Shown here: positions 17,620 to 28,323 of the stretch, piece by piece
Numbering within the stretch: position 1 is the first letter of the stretch
Layout: each line of letters starts with the position of its first letter
Assembly: GCA_963837315.1 (NCBI GenBank)
Contig: CAWINE010000002.1
Coordinates: 458,505 to 522,504 of the forward strand
DNA: 64,000 nucleotides
Reading direction: 5' to 3'
From: an uncultured Chloroflexia bacterium
GTDB taxonomy: Bacteria; Chloroflexota; Chloroflexia; QHBQ01; JADMIH01
Translations under genes and position numbers: made by a program
Notes under the pieces: model-generated
The model's input: only the letters and a program-made list of their open reading frames with translations
What the model was told of the DNA's origin: nothing
Databases searched by the model: none

Positions 17620-18729
17620 TCACTGAAACCATCCCAGTTTCGTGATCATTTCTTGCAAATTCAGCGGGAAAACCAGCACGATCCAAACGAGGTACCAGAT
17701 GCCTGCCAAAACAAGCGCGGTGGCAGTCAGCCTTTTCCAATAAAGGATCGATCCAAAGAGCAGCGCGGCGGAAATGAGGGCGATAATGGCCTGAGCAAAC
17801 GCAGGTACATATTCAGGAGACATCCTCCAATCGGTAAAAACCATCCCGAACGACACTGGCAGTGTGCTCTGAAAGACCATCGCCCCGGTCACGTTCCCAA
17901 GCGCAAGCGTATCCTTGGATCGCCGCACCCAGAGCACGCTGTTGAACTTTTCAGGCAGCTCGGTGGCCAGGGGTACCACGATCAGCGATAGGATAAGAGG
18001 TGTGATCCCGATAGACCCGGCGACATCGCCCACATACTGGACAAAGAGGTACGCCGATCCCACGATCAGCCCCAATCCGGCGAATACTTGCAAAATGACG
18101 ATTGAGAGAGGAGGGTCGTCGTTCTTACGAGAGAAATGGAGAGGCGAAAGATCTTCCACGTCCTCATCTTCGGTCTGCTCACTGGTATCCGTGGCGTGCC
18201 TGTATACGTAGAAAAGATAGTAGCCAACCAGTCCGATCGCAACAACTACTCTCGCGACTTCGTTCACTATGAAGCTCATCACGACAGAGATGGCGAACGC
18301 AGCCAGGAAAAAGCGGATATCTCGCGAGATAATGCGGCTATTTACCCTCAGTCTCGTGTCCGCTCGCCGGCCACTTCTCGTGTAGCTGAACACAGCTATG
18401 CCCGTCACGAACATTGCCACTGTTGCCAGCATGAACGGTGCACCTATGATTGCTCCCAGGCCCACATCGTTCGCATGTGTAGTGCCGGTAGATGAGGTCG
18501 CACCGAGAATTACCGCCACGATAGGTATAAGGGTCTCAGGCAGGGCCGTGCCGACGGCGGCAAAGATGCTGCCAAGGAGACCCTCGTTGAGATTGAGCTT
18601 TTTGCCAAGCCACTCGATGCTGTTGGTGAAAACGTCGCAACCGATCAAGATAAGGACGAGCCCCAGCAATAGCATCAGCCATGAAAACCACACTATACAA
18701 AGCCCCTGGAAAGCTTGCTCTGAGCACAA
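17620..18729 (-). CDS. Ca2+/Na+ antiporter (CaCA/YrbG family)
   Basis: Alpha-repeat signature GSIFAAVGTALPETLIPIVAV and a second repeat GNVTGAMVFQSTLPVSFG. The true start may be an internal Met. Confidence 0.85.
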   Translation of the reverse strand: MCSEQAFQGLCIVWFSWLMLLLGLVLILIGCDVFTNSIEWLGKKLNLNEGLLGSIFAAVGTALPETLIPIVAVILGATSSTGTTHANDVGLGAIIGAPFMLATVAMFVTGIAVFSYTRSGRRADTRLRVNSRIISRDIRFFLAAFAISVVMSFIVNEVARVVVAIGLVGYYLFYVYRHATDTSEQTEDEDVEDLSPLHFSRKNDDPPLSIVILQVFAGLGLIVGSAYLFVQYVGDVAGSIGITPLILSLIVVPLATELPEKFNSVLWVRRSKDTLALGNVTGAMVFQSTLPVSFGMVFTDWRMSPEYVPAFAQAIIALISAALLFGSILYWKRLTATALVLAGIWYLVWIVLVFPLNLQEMITKLGWFQ

Positions 18730-18844
18730 CTACACACAAGATAGAAGTGTACCAGATGTAACGTTGGGCGGCAACGACGACCGATCTACCGCCTACATTC
18801 GTTTTCGGCTACACTGTAGGCGATAACGATACAGGAGGTCACTT

Positions 18845-20107
18845 ATGGCTGATGCCAATAATCGAGGGTCCGGTTTGCCGCCGGGAGTGGTTGATATGCT
18901 CTGGCGGAAGGCGGGCGAGATGCAGGCGGGTATGGTGGACTTCGCCCGGCGGCTCGTCCAGATTCCCAGCTTGCCGGGCCAGGAAGGGGGAGTTGCGACG
19001 CTGGTCGCGGAAGAGATGAAGCGGCTGGGCTACGACGAGGTACGGATTGACCGCACGGGCAACGTGATAGGTAGGATCCAGGCTACCGGGCCTGCGTCCG
19101 CCGCCGGCTCCGGTAACGTCAGGCGGCGGAGCATCATGTTCAACACGCATATGGACCAGGTCGACGTGGGCGACCACTCGCGCTGGCCTCACCCTCCTTT
19201 TGCCGCCGAAGTGGTGGGCGACGAAATCTGGGGCCGGGGTACGAGCGACCTGAAGGGCGCGCTTGCTTGCCACGTATATTCGGGGGCTTTGCTCAAGGCG
19301 GTGGGCGAACCCATTCCCAACGACGTATACGTGACAGGCGTCGTGCAGGAAGAAATAGGGGGCCATGGCGCGGCCATGCTGGCAAGCGAGCTCCAGACCG
19401 ACGTGGTTGTGGTCGGCGAGCCTTCGCACAACCGCCTCGCCCTGGGACACCGGGGCCGCTTCGAGATCCATGTCATCATCACGGGGAAATCGGTACATGC
19501 CAGCGTACCAGCTACGGGTGTAAATCCGTTGTATTCGATGGCGCGCTTTCTTCTGGGGCTCGAAACACTGACTTTCCAACCCGACCCTCAACACCCTGCG
19601 CTCGGCCCAACGTCGGTCGCGCCAACATTGATCTCGACTGACCAGGTGAGCGCTAACGTTGTGCCAGGCGAGTGCAAGGTGGTGCTTGATATACGCAATC
19701 CGCCTGGCGATGAGCCCAACACAATCCTCGGGAGGATAAATGGGATACTCGCAACTTCTCTGACTGATGGAGCCACCGGGGTAGCCGAAATACCCCCCAT
19801 AACGATGACCAGCTACACGGGCGTCACCGAAACTTACGACATCCCGGCTGTTCCGTTCGGCATCTCTGAGGATAGCCCGCTTGTCATGAGCGCCAATGCC
19901 CTGCTCGATCAGGCTCTCAGGCGCAAGGTAGAGACCCAGCTCTGGCGCTTCGCCACCGATGCCGGCCATTTCGCAGCCCACGGTATGCAAGTCATAGGCT
20001 TCGGACCAGGCTACGAGGAGGTAATCCATACGGTAAACGAAAGAATCTCCATACCTCTTATGACCGAATGCATGGTAGCCAATGCCGCCCTTGCGCTCGG
20101 GCTGTGA
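18845..20107 (+). CDS. M20-family metallopeptidase/deacylase (ArgE/DapE/YgeY-like)
   Basis: FNTHMDQVDVGD...WGRGTSDLKGALA plus GVVQEEIGGHGA. Confidence 0.85.
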   Translation: MADANNRGSGLPPGVVDMLWRKAGEMQAGMVDFARRLVQIPSLPGQEGGVATLVAEEMKRLGYDEVRIDRTGNVIGRIQATGPASAAGSGNVRRRSIMFNTHMDQVDVGDHSRWPHPPFAAEVVGDEIWGRGTSDLKGALACHVYSGALLKAVGEPIPNDVYVTGVVQEEIGGHGAAMLASELQTDVVVVGEPSHNRLALGHRGRFEIHVIITGKSVHASVPATGVNPLYSMARFLLGLETLTFQPDPQHPALGPTSVAPTLISTDQVSANVVPGECKVVLDIRNPPGDEPNTILGRINGILATSLTDGATGVAEIPPITMTSYTGVTETYDIPAVPFGISEDSPLVMSANALLDQALRRKVETQLWRFATDAGHFAAHGMQVIGFGPGYEEVIHTVNERISIPLMTECMVANAALALGL

Positions 20108-20117
20108 GGGACGATAT

Positions 20118-20333
20118 GTGAAGCGTGAAGCGTAAAAGGTAAAACGTAACCGCCAAGACGCCAAGTTCCGCCAAGGGCCGCCAAGGTTTCTGTGAGTTTA
20201 AACCCAAAAGAATCCTCTGTGATCTCTGTGGACTTTGTGATTCAAACCCACAAAAACCTTCATGACCTTGGTGTCTTGGTGGTTCAAACCGTAGAATCCT
20301 TGGCGTCTTGGCGTCTTGGCGTTGAAAAAACGC
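20118..20333. repeat. Composite modular spacer element with imperfect terminal inverted CCAAGACG arrays
   Basis: GTGAAGC x2 and GTAAAAG words come first. CCGCCAAGACGCCAAG... lies at 20150..20186. Three internal units each contain a TTYAAACC...AATCC core. CCTTGGCGTCTTGGCGTCTTGGCG lies at 20298..20321. Confidence 0.85.
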
Positions 20334-20355
20334 TTATCGAAATAAGGAGTAAGCA

Positions 20356-20986
20356 ATGAGACTTGATCTTGATACCGAAATTCGTTTCCCCAATGGCGTG
20401 CGTGCAGGGATATTGCAGAAGGTGATAGTGGCAGACACAGGGCACGTCGACAGCGTGGTCATGTCTACGGACGAATTGGTTTCGCGAAACCTCATCGTGC
20501 CGGTCAGCAGCCTGTCGGAAGGGCCTGGGGACGTGCTTAACATCAACCTGACGCCGGACCAGGTGAGCGACCTGCCCGATTACAACGAAGAGTTGGTTCC
20601 CGCTGCACCCGAAGGCTGGGAGTGGAGCGAGGACCCGCTTCCTGGGGCCGACGTCTTCCCGGGCACCCTTTACGATCCCGGGATGATGCCGGTTACCGAG
20701 GCGGGTAACATCCCCGAAGGGTCGATAACTATCAGCCAGGGCACCGAGGTTTGGTGCGAAGGCGAGCGCTGGGGGGTCGTGGACGAGATCTTGCTTGATG
20801 ACTCGGGGAATGTGGCCGCTTTCGTGGGCCGGCCCGACAATGTGGAGGAGCACGACCGCATCATTCCGATAGACCTGGTCAGCGAATATGGCCCTGATGC
20901 CGTTACCCTTAAGTTGCACTCTCCAGGACCTACCGAACTACACCGAAGAGATAACCGACGAACTGGAAGAACCCGACGCCGAATAG
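20356..20986 (+). pseudogene. Two-domain PRC-barrel-like protein, one frameshift
   Basis: The two halves are similar (GILQKVIVADTGHVDSVVMS and WGVVDEILLDDSGNVAAFV). The end LQDLPNYTEEITDELEEPDAE, parallel to DQVSDLPDYNEELVP in the first half, is readable only after a 1-nt shift near 20920. Confidence 0.55.
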
Positions 20987-21062
20987 TCTCGCAACCACCT
21001 GATCGCCCGCCGTGGGTTTTGGCGTGCCACGCCCACGGCGGGGAAAGAATAACCACGAAGAT

Positions 21063-22130
21063 ATGAACGCCCAGCCAACGCCAACGCAAAATGCCATCAC
21101 AGGCACACAGAGCAGCGCTGCAAGTATCACAATGCCACTAGCCATTCCCCCCGACAACGCCCGGCCTATGATCGAGGTACGCGGAGTGAGTAAGCGGTTC
21201 GGAAACGGCCTCGTTGTGCGCGACCTCAATTTTGACGTGCTGCAGGGAGAAATCTTTGGTTTCATCGGGCCGAGCGGCTCCGGCAAGACCACCACGATCC
21301 GCCTGCTTACCGGCGCGTACGAACCGAGCGAAGGGCAGGTGAGCGTGATGGGCGCCAGTCCCAGCCACCCTTCCAGGCGCGTGCAGGAGGACTTCGGCTA
21401 CATGCCGCAGCTATTCGTCCTCTATCCTAACCTTACCGTTCGCGAGAATCTCAACTTCGTCGCCGCTCTCTATGGCATGGGCCCCAGAGAGCGCCACAGT
21501 CGAATCAATGCTATGCTAGACTTCGTGGAGCTTGGGGATGCGCGCAACCGCATGGCCTCAGACGTATCGGGCGGCATGCAGCGTCGTATCGAGCTCGCTG
21601 CCGCCCTCATCCACAACCCACCTCTTCTATTCGTGGACGAGCCGACCGCAGGAATCGACCCTGTGTTGCGCGGCAAGTTCTGGGACGAGTTCCGCCGCCT
21701 GCGCAACGAGGGCCGAACTATCTTTGTGACCACCCAGTACGTCAGCGAAAGCGAGTACTGCGACCGTGTAGGCGTGATTCGCAATGGCCGCATCATCGCC
21801 CTCGATACCCCTGTGGGGCTGCGACGCTCGGCTATGGGAGGTGATATTATCGATATTATGTCAAATGATTTCACTCCCGGAGCGGTGTACAGCCTTTCAA
21901 AGCTTGCCACTGTAACGGAAGTGCGACCCCGCTCACGCACCGAAGTACGGGTATATGTGCAGGAAGCGGGCAGCGCAATGCCGCAGCTTATAGACGCTAT
22001 GAACGAGAACAACTGCTCCATCAGCAGTATCGCCGAGTATAAGCCCAGCTTCGATGAAGTCTTTATCGAGCTCATGAACCGGGACGCCGAAGTCACAGGC
22101 GAAGGAGCTGCAGATGAAGGGGCTCATTAA
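21063..22130 (+). CDS. ABC transporter ATP-binding protein (ABC-2/DrrA-like)
   Basis: Walker A GPSGSGKTT, signature VSGGMQRR and Walker B LLFVDEPT. I chose the ATG at 21063 over the track start at 21012. Confidence 0.9.
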   Translation: MNAQPTPTQNAITGTQSSAASITMPLAIPPDNARPMIEVRGVSKRFGNGLVVRDLNFDVLQGEIFGFIGPSGSGKTTTIRLLTGAYEPSEGQVSVMGASPSHPSRRVQEDFGYMPQLFVLYPNLTVRENLNFVAALYGMGPRERHSRINAMLDFVELGDARNRMASDVSGGMQRRIELAAALIHNPPLLFVDEPTAGIDPVLRGKFWDEFRRLRNEGRTIFVTTQYVSESEYCDRVGVIRNGRIIALDTPVGLRRSAMGGDIIDIMSNDFTPGAVYSLSKLATVTEVRPRSRTEVRVYVQEAGSAMPQLIDAMNENNCSISSIAEYKPSFDEVFIELMNRDAEVTGEGAADEGAH

Positions 22131-23688
22131 GCGCTTCATCAGGGCGGGTGCGTTCGTCGGCAAAGAGATCAACGAAGTGCGCCGCCAGCCCCGCCTGGTG
22201 CTCTCCCTTATTCTCGGCCCCTTCGCTATCCTGCTCCTCTTCGGCATCGGCTACCAGGGCGAGCCTAACAGCCTGACCGGAATCTTCGTGATACCTGCCA
22301 CAGGCGGCTTCTCTCAGAACATCGCCGACTACCAGAAACTGGTGGGTGACCAGCTACATATCGAGCGCGTCACGACAGACCAGGCCTCCGCTCTCGCTGA
22401 GCTTCGCCAGCAGCAGGTAGATATCGTGGTAGTGGTACCGCCCAACCTCGACCAGCAGATTTCGTCAGGCGCTCAAGCCAAAGTGCCCGTCTACTTCAAC
22501 GAGGTAGACCCCGTGCGGCGCGACTGGCTCACCTACCTTACATATATATACACAAGCGAGATCAACAAGCAGACCCTCGCCGCTGCAGCCAGCCAGGGCC
22601 AGCAAAACGCCGGTGACATCCATTCTGCCCTCGCCCGTATGCGCGCCTCCCTTACCAATGTCGAAAGCCAGCTCAAGAATAATCAGGTTGACCAGGCCAA
22701 AAAGCAGGCCCAGGGCGTGCAAGGCGATGCCACAAACGTGCAGCTTGCCGTCGTCTTAATGGCAGGGCTTTTCGCGTCCAACAGCCCAATGATGCCGACC
22801 TCGCAATCACAGAGCTCCGGACAGGCGACAATAAGCCAGGGAGCCGATGCGTCGAAGCGCCTGGGCAGCGACATTCAGGCGCTAAACGATGCACTCAACA
22901 ATCCCAATGCGGCTGCCTCAGACACAGTCCAGAAAGTCGAGCGCGCTCGCCAGGATATAGACACGCTCGACAAGCTGACGCAGCAGTTCCAGAGCATCAA
23001 CCCACTGGTGCTCGCCGCCCCATTCTTCGCTGAAGCACACAATACAGCCCCGGTCTCCCCTACCTTCACCTCCTTTTACGCACCGGGCGTGCTCGTCCTA
23101 TTACTACAGCATATCGCCATCACACTGGCCGCCCTCTCGATGGTGCGCGAGCGGCTGTTGGGTACGGTCGAGCTTTTCCGCGTGTCCCCGGTGCGCCCCG
23201 GCGAGATAATCGCCGGCAAGTACGTGGGATTTATCGTTTTTCTGTCGGTGATAGCGGGCCTGCTCCTGTTGATGATGAGCAACGAGCTTAGCATTGGTGG
23301 AGTGCGTCTCAGCCTGGGCGTGCCGATCCTGGGCGATTATTTGCTGCTCGCTCTGACCCTCCTGCTAGTGACCTTCGCCTCCATCGGTCTCGGCTTCTTC
23401 ATCTCCACGATTTCCAGGTCGGAGAGCCAGGCGGTGCAGATATCGATGCTGGTACTGCTCACATCGGTCTTTTTCAGCGGCTTCTTCTTACGCCTCGAAA
23501 CAATCTGGCCGCCCATCCAGGTGGTTTCGTATCTCCTGCCCGTCACCTACGGCATCTCTGCCCTCCAGGTGATCATGCTGCGTGGCGGCGAGCCGGCCTG
23601 GTATCTGCTGGCCGGGCTGGCCGGCCTGGGTGTCGCCTTCTTCGGGCTCAGTTTCGCGATTTTCTCGAGGCAGTTCCGTCGGGGTTAA
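22114..23688 (+). CDS. ABC-2 type permease with a large extracytoplasmic coiled-coil insert
   Basis: It overlaps the ATPase gene by 17 nt. It has one N-terminal TM helix, a roughly 270 aa Gln/Ala-rich domain and a C-terminal ABC-2 membrane domain. Confidence 0.8.
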   Translation: MKGLIKRFIRAGAFVGKEINEVRRQPRLVLSLILGPFAILLLFGIGYQGEPNSLTGIFVIPATGGFSQNIADYQKLVGDQLHIERVTTDQASALAELRQQQVDIVVVVPPNLDQQISSGAQAKVPVYFNEVDPVRRDWLTYLTYIYTSEINKQTLAAAASQGQQNAGDIHSALARMRASLTNVESQLKNNQVDQAKKQAQGVQGDATNVQLAVVLMAGLFASNSPMMPTSQSQSSGQATISQGADASKRLGSDIQALNDALNNPNAAASDTVQKVERARQDIDTLDKLTQQFQSINPLVLAAPFFAEAHNTAPVSPTFTSFYAPGVLVLLLQHIAITLAALSMVRERLLGTVELFRVSPVRPGEIIAGKYVGFIVFLSVIAGLLLLMMSNELSIGGVRLSLGVPILGDYLLLALTLLLVTFASIGLGFFISTISRSESQAVQISMLVLLTSVFFSGFFLRLETIWPPIQVVSYLLPVTYGISALQVIMLRGGEPAWYLLAGLAGLGVAFFGLSFAIFSRQFRRG

Positions 23689-23700
23689 CCTTGCCACCTT

Positions 23701-23754
23701 CCGGAAATAAATGAGGTGGGCCTCGCAGTACGGGCCCACCTCATTTATTTCCGG
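23701..23754. terminator. Bidirectional hairpin between convergent genes
   Basis: CCGGAAATAAATGAGGTGGGCC tcgcagtacg GGCCCACCTCATTTATTTCCGG gives a perfect 22-bp stem with A/T-rich flanks. Confidence 0.75.
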
Positions 23755-23771
23755 AACAAGAGAAGGAACTG

Positions 23772-24797
23772 TCAGGGAGCAGTAGTCGGCGACAAAAACT
23801 GGGAGGCGCACCAGCCGGAAGATGTGGGGTTCTTGGTGTCATAGCCCTGCACCTTCCACCAGGTGAGGCCATCGGCGGTCGTCGGGCCATCGACTACCTG
23901 CGCCTTCGTGCCATCCGGTATCACGAGAAGTCTCTTGCCGGCCTTGGCCGGCGTGCCGCGTACCACCAGACCGGAGCCCGTGCCCGCGACCTGCACCCAG
24001 CCGTTTATGCCTATCTGGTTTGGGGGTGGCGGAGCAGAAGTCTGCGGCGTGGTCGCTGCCGATGCAGGCACTGTCACTGTAGGATCACCGAAGCCTGTAG
24101 GTGTGGGCAAGACTTGCGCGACGGCGGTCCTGGTGGGGCTGGCCTGGGGCGCGAGCTTGCCGTTGTTGCGGGTCAAAAGCCAGTTGCCGCCCAGCAGCAA
24201 AAGCACCACAAGCACGACGCCTGCTATAAGCGTGAGTCGGGTCCGGCCGTTGCCCCAAAGGGCAGATAGATTTCCGGTCGGTAACGCCCGCGTCTTCCTG
24301 GATGCCTGCGAGCCTGTCGCTCGGCCCCGAGCCGAACGTCGGACCTGGTCAAGTGGCGCCGTGGTGCCGGCCTCGTCTTCCCCGAACACCTCGTCAAAAT
24401 CGGGCGTCACAAGAGCAAGCGCGGGCTTGGCTGGTATATCGTTGGGACGTGGCTTGGGTTTGGAAGCAACAGCAGCCATCCCGGCGGCAGGTGTGTTGTT
24501 ACCGCCCGTGACGGTAGTGCGCCTTCCCTGCGCATCCATCGTATCGATCGGGATCGAGGGGGCGATGCGGGGCCGAGCACTATGAGCTTGAGGCCCGGCT
24601 GACGGTGCAGGGCCGACCATAGGTTCCCAGTAATCAATAAAGGTCCGGTTACACGCGAGACTATCGGCCTCGACAAGATGATTGGTATTGCGATCGTAGA
24701 GCAACGGATTGCGGCACCAGCCCTTCCGCCACAAAGGTGACGGCTGGTAGTGCTTGCAGGTGCTACATTTGCGCTCTCGGTTCTTGGCGGGGTTCAT
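23772..24797 (-). CDS. Cys-rich N-terminal domain / TM / C-terminal SH3b-like domain protein
   Basis: CSTCKHYQPSPLWRKGWCRNP...ACN at the N-terminus and one TM helix (LTLIAGVVLVVLLLLGGNWLL). The C-terminus is SH3b-like: WVQVAGTGSGLVVRGTPAKAGKRLLVIPDGTKAQVVDG...WWKV. The start is set at the internal ATG, 24797. Confidence 0.6.
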   Translation of the reverse strand: MNPAKNRERKCSTCKHYQPSPLWRKGWCRNPLLYDRNTNHLVEADSLACNRTFIDYWEPMVGPAPSAGPQAHSARPRIAPSIPIDTMDAQGRRTTVTGGNNTPAAGMAAVASKPKPRPNDIPAKPALALVTPDFDEVFGEDEAGTTAPLDQVRRSARGRATGSQASRKTRALPTGNLSALWGNGRTRLTLIAGVVLVVLLLLGGNWLLTRNNGKLAPQASPTRTAVAQVLPTPTGFGDPTVTVPASAATTPQTSAPPPPNQIGINGWVQVAGTGSGLVVRGTPAKAGKRLLVIPDGTKAQVVDGPTTADGLTWWKVQGYDTKNPTSSGWCASQFLSPTTAP

Positions 24798-24930
24798 ACT
24801 CCCCTCCTCATCCGTATTATTCGGGCAAGCCGTTTCGGCCCAACTATACCATGTTCGCAAGCTGAGCCGTCAACTGAATTGCCACTTTGCGCAGTACTAA
24901 AGTCCCTTGCGTCGTTAGCCAACGCGTGGC

Positions 24931-25878
24931 TCAGTCCTTTTGCCAATCCTCGTACAGGTAATAATTGGCCGCCGCGGCAGCCATTCCACCCTCGTGCACT
25001 GCACTGCTTACCTGGTGGTTGTACAGTTTTGTGCAGTCGCCGGCGGCGTAGACGCCTTCGATATTCGTGACCTGCTCGACATCAGCAACTATGTAACCAT
25101 TCTCATCGAGCATCACTCCAAGCTGTTCAGCTAATTGCGTATTTGGCTTAATATACTGGGTAACGAAGAGGCCGTCAAGTCCTATTTCAGTACCATCCTC
25201 CAGCAGAATCGAAGATAACTTCCCTTCGGAAGCGCACTGGTAGGTCGAGCAGGTCGAGTTGTACAGTGTCACTCCGTGCTCTTTGAGCGTAGCCAGCCGT
25301 TGAGATGTGATGTCGAACGGCTTATCCCACGAAACGACGGTAACTTTGTCGGTGAAAGTCAGCAGTTCCAGCGCGAGTGATGCCGCCCTCTCACTATGTC
25401 CCAGCACCACAACCCTCTTGCCTATCGTCTCATAGCCATCGCATATAATACACCAGAACATTGTCGTGCCTATACACTCCATACTCCCCTCGAACTCGGG
25501 AAAGCTGTCACTCACTCCTGTCGCCAGGATCACTGTACGAGAGACCAGAGGCCCCCTGGTGGTCTTGAAATGAAAGCGCCGCTCGCGCCCTTCCCCGTCG
25601 GCCCGCACTTCTTCAGCCGTCGCGCTCAAGAAGGTCACATCGTATTTCTCCACCTGCTGCCTGCCAACCTCGCGAAGCTTGTTTGCGTGTATGCCATCCG
25701 GAAAGCCCAGGTAGTTACGATTAACCTGGTGCCAGGTCGAGCGACCCTCGCGGTCGTCTATGACAACCACGCTCCGGCGCATCCTGCCCATGTACAGCGC
25801 CGCCGACAGCCCCGCAGGCCCTGCCCCCACTACCGCGCAATCATATACTTTCCTATCTTTACCTATGTTTGTATTCAT
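24931..25878 (-). CDS. Thioredoxin-reductase-like NAD(P)/FAD-dependent oxidoreductase
   Basis: DCAVVGAGPAGLSAALY, a redox CIICDG motif and GVYAAGDC. Confidence 0.85.
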   Translation of the reverse strand: MNTNIGKDRKVYDCAVVGAGPAGLSAALYMGRMRRSVVVIDDREGRSTWHQVNRNYLGFPDGIHANKLREVGRQQVEKYDVTFLSATAEEVRADGEGRERRFHFKTTRGPLVSRTVILATGVSDSFPEFEGSMECIGTTMFWCIICDGYETIGKRVVVLGHSERAASLALELLTFTDKVTVVSWDKPFDITSQRLATLKEHGVTLYNSTCSTYQCASEGKLSSILLEDGTEIGLDGLFVTQYIKPNTQLAEQLGVMLDENGYIVADVEQVTNIEGVYAAGDCTKLYNHQVSSAVHEGGMAAAAANYYLYEDWQKD

Positions 25879-25932
25879 CTAGATGCCTCCCATTTTGCAG
25901 ACATTAACCTCAAACTTATAGTTTATTTCCGC

Positions 25933-25977
25933 AAAAAGAGCAACCCGCTCGCTGATGGCGAGCGGGTTGCTCTTTTT
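25933..25977. terminator. Bidirectional intrinsic terminator
   Basis: AAAAAGAGCAACCCGCTCGC tgatg GCGAGCGGGTTGCTCTTTTT, a stem flanked by A5 and T5. Confidence 0.85.
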
Positions 25978-25993
25978 GATTCCGAAAACTTGT

Positions 25994-26386
25994 TTATCTC
26001 GTCGGCTCTTCAACGATGAGAAGGTGATTGCCTTCCGAGTCCTCGATCTGGGCGTATGTGCCCCATGGCTCTACACTGGGCTCCTGCGCAAACGTGACCC
26101 CTTTGGCTTTCAGCTCGGCATGTGTCGTCTCCATATCCGTGACAGTGAATGTGACGGCCTGTGATTTGCCCACCACCTGCCGGTAGTGCTCCCAGTTCTC
26201 GTCGGGCAGGTACAGTATCGCTTCGGTCTGCGCACCTGCCGGAGCCACGGCTATCCACAGGGAATCTGAGCCGGGGTAGAGCGGTGCCTCCTGCCGCAGC
26301 TCAAAGCCGAGCACGTTCACATAGAATTCCTTGGCACGTTGCTGGTCGCTAACAAAGATACACACGGTGCTTATTTTACTTATCAT
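25994..26386 (-). CDS. VOC/glyoxalase-family protein
   Basis: 130 aa with ISTVCIFVSDQQRAKEFYVNVLGFEL and the C-terminal pattern WGTYAQIEDSEGNHLLIVE. Confidence 0.85.
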   Translation of the reverse strand: MISKISTVCIFVSDQQRAKEFYVNVLGFELRQEAPLYPGSDSLWIAVAPAGAQTEAILYLPDENWEHYRQVVGKSQAVTFTVTDMETTHAELKAKGVTFAQEPSVEPWGTYAQIEDSEGNHLLIVEEPTR

Positions 26387-26468
26387 CCTCTGCTCCTTTC
26401 ACCAGCGTTTGTCTGCTTCCATATATTAGCACAAATGACCTAAATTATCTAAGGGGAATTGGCTGCGG

Positions 26469-26515
26469 GGTTAAACTATTCAGGGCGCACCCAGGTGCGC
26501 CCTGATAGTTTAACC
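26469..26515. terminator. Hairpin downstream of pntB
   Basis: GGTTAAACTATTCAGGGCGCAC ccag GTGCGCCCTGATAGTTTAACC, with one bulge and no U-tract. Confidence 0.45.
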
Positions 26516-26527
26516 TGTTCTCTTTGC

Positions 26528-27953
<1,426 letters not shown>

Positions 27954-27957
27954 ATTC

Positions 27958-28323
27958 TTACTGCTTGCCTCCAGGTTGCGGCTTCCTCTTGAACATCTGC
28001 AACATCCTGTCGGTCACTACGAAGCCTCCCATCACGTTACCCGCGCCGAACACCACGCCAATGAAGCCCAGTATCAGCAGGAGCAGGTTATCGCCGGCTT
28101 GCGCCAGCACGATCATCGCGCCCACAAGCACGATGCCGTGTATAGCGTTTGTGCCCGACATGAGGGGCGTGTGCAGCAGTGTAGGAACGTGCGAGATTAC
28201 CTCCACGCCCAGGAACACGGCCAGCACGAACACCACAATTATCATGAAAAGCGTGGGCAGCCCCGATGAGCTGTCCAGGTTCGGTGGCCACGGCGACGTT
28301 TGCGAGCGGCCCATGTGTGTCAA
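27958..28323 (-). CDS. pntA: NAD(P) transhydrogenase alpha subunit, membrane part (PntAB)
   Basis: FVLAVFLGVEVISHVPTLLHTPLMSGTNAIHGIVLVGAM. The start codon is uncertain and the real protein is probably about 100 aa. Confidence 0.8.
   Translation of the reverse strand: MTHMGRSQTSPWPPNLDSSSGLPTLFMIIVVFVLAVFLGVEVISHVPTLLHTPLMSGTNAIHGIVLVGAMIVLAQAGDNLLLLILGFIGVVFGAGNVMGGFVVTDRMLQMFKRKPQPGGKQ

Noticed and set aside
18839-20164. 441-aa ORF on the minus strand covering the whole M20 peptidase gene
   Set aside because: It is antisense to a gene with clear M20 motifs. Its own translation is Arg/Ala/Gly/Pro-rich with no recognisable domain. Long shadow ORFs are expected in GC-rich DNA.
20279-20300. 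tRNA-like T-arm strings (GGTTCAAACC) in repeat spacers
   Set aside because: They are part of the conserved core of the modular repeat units. No acceptor stem, anticodon arm or cloverleaf can be built around them.
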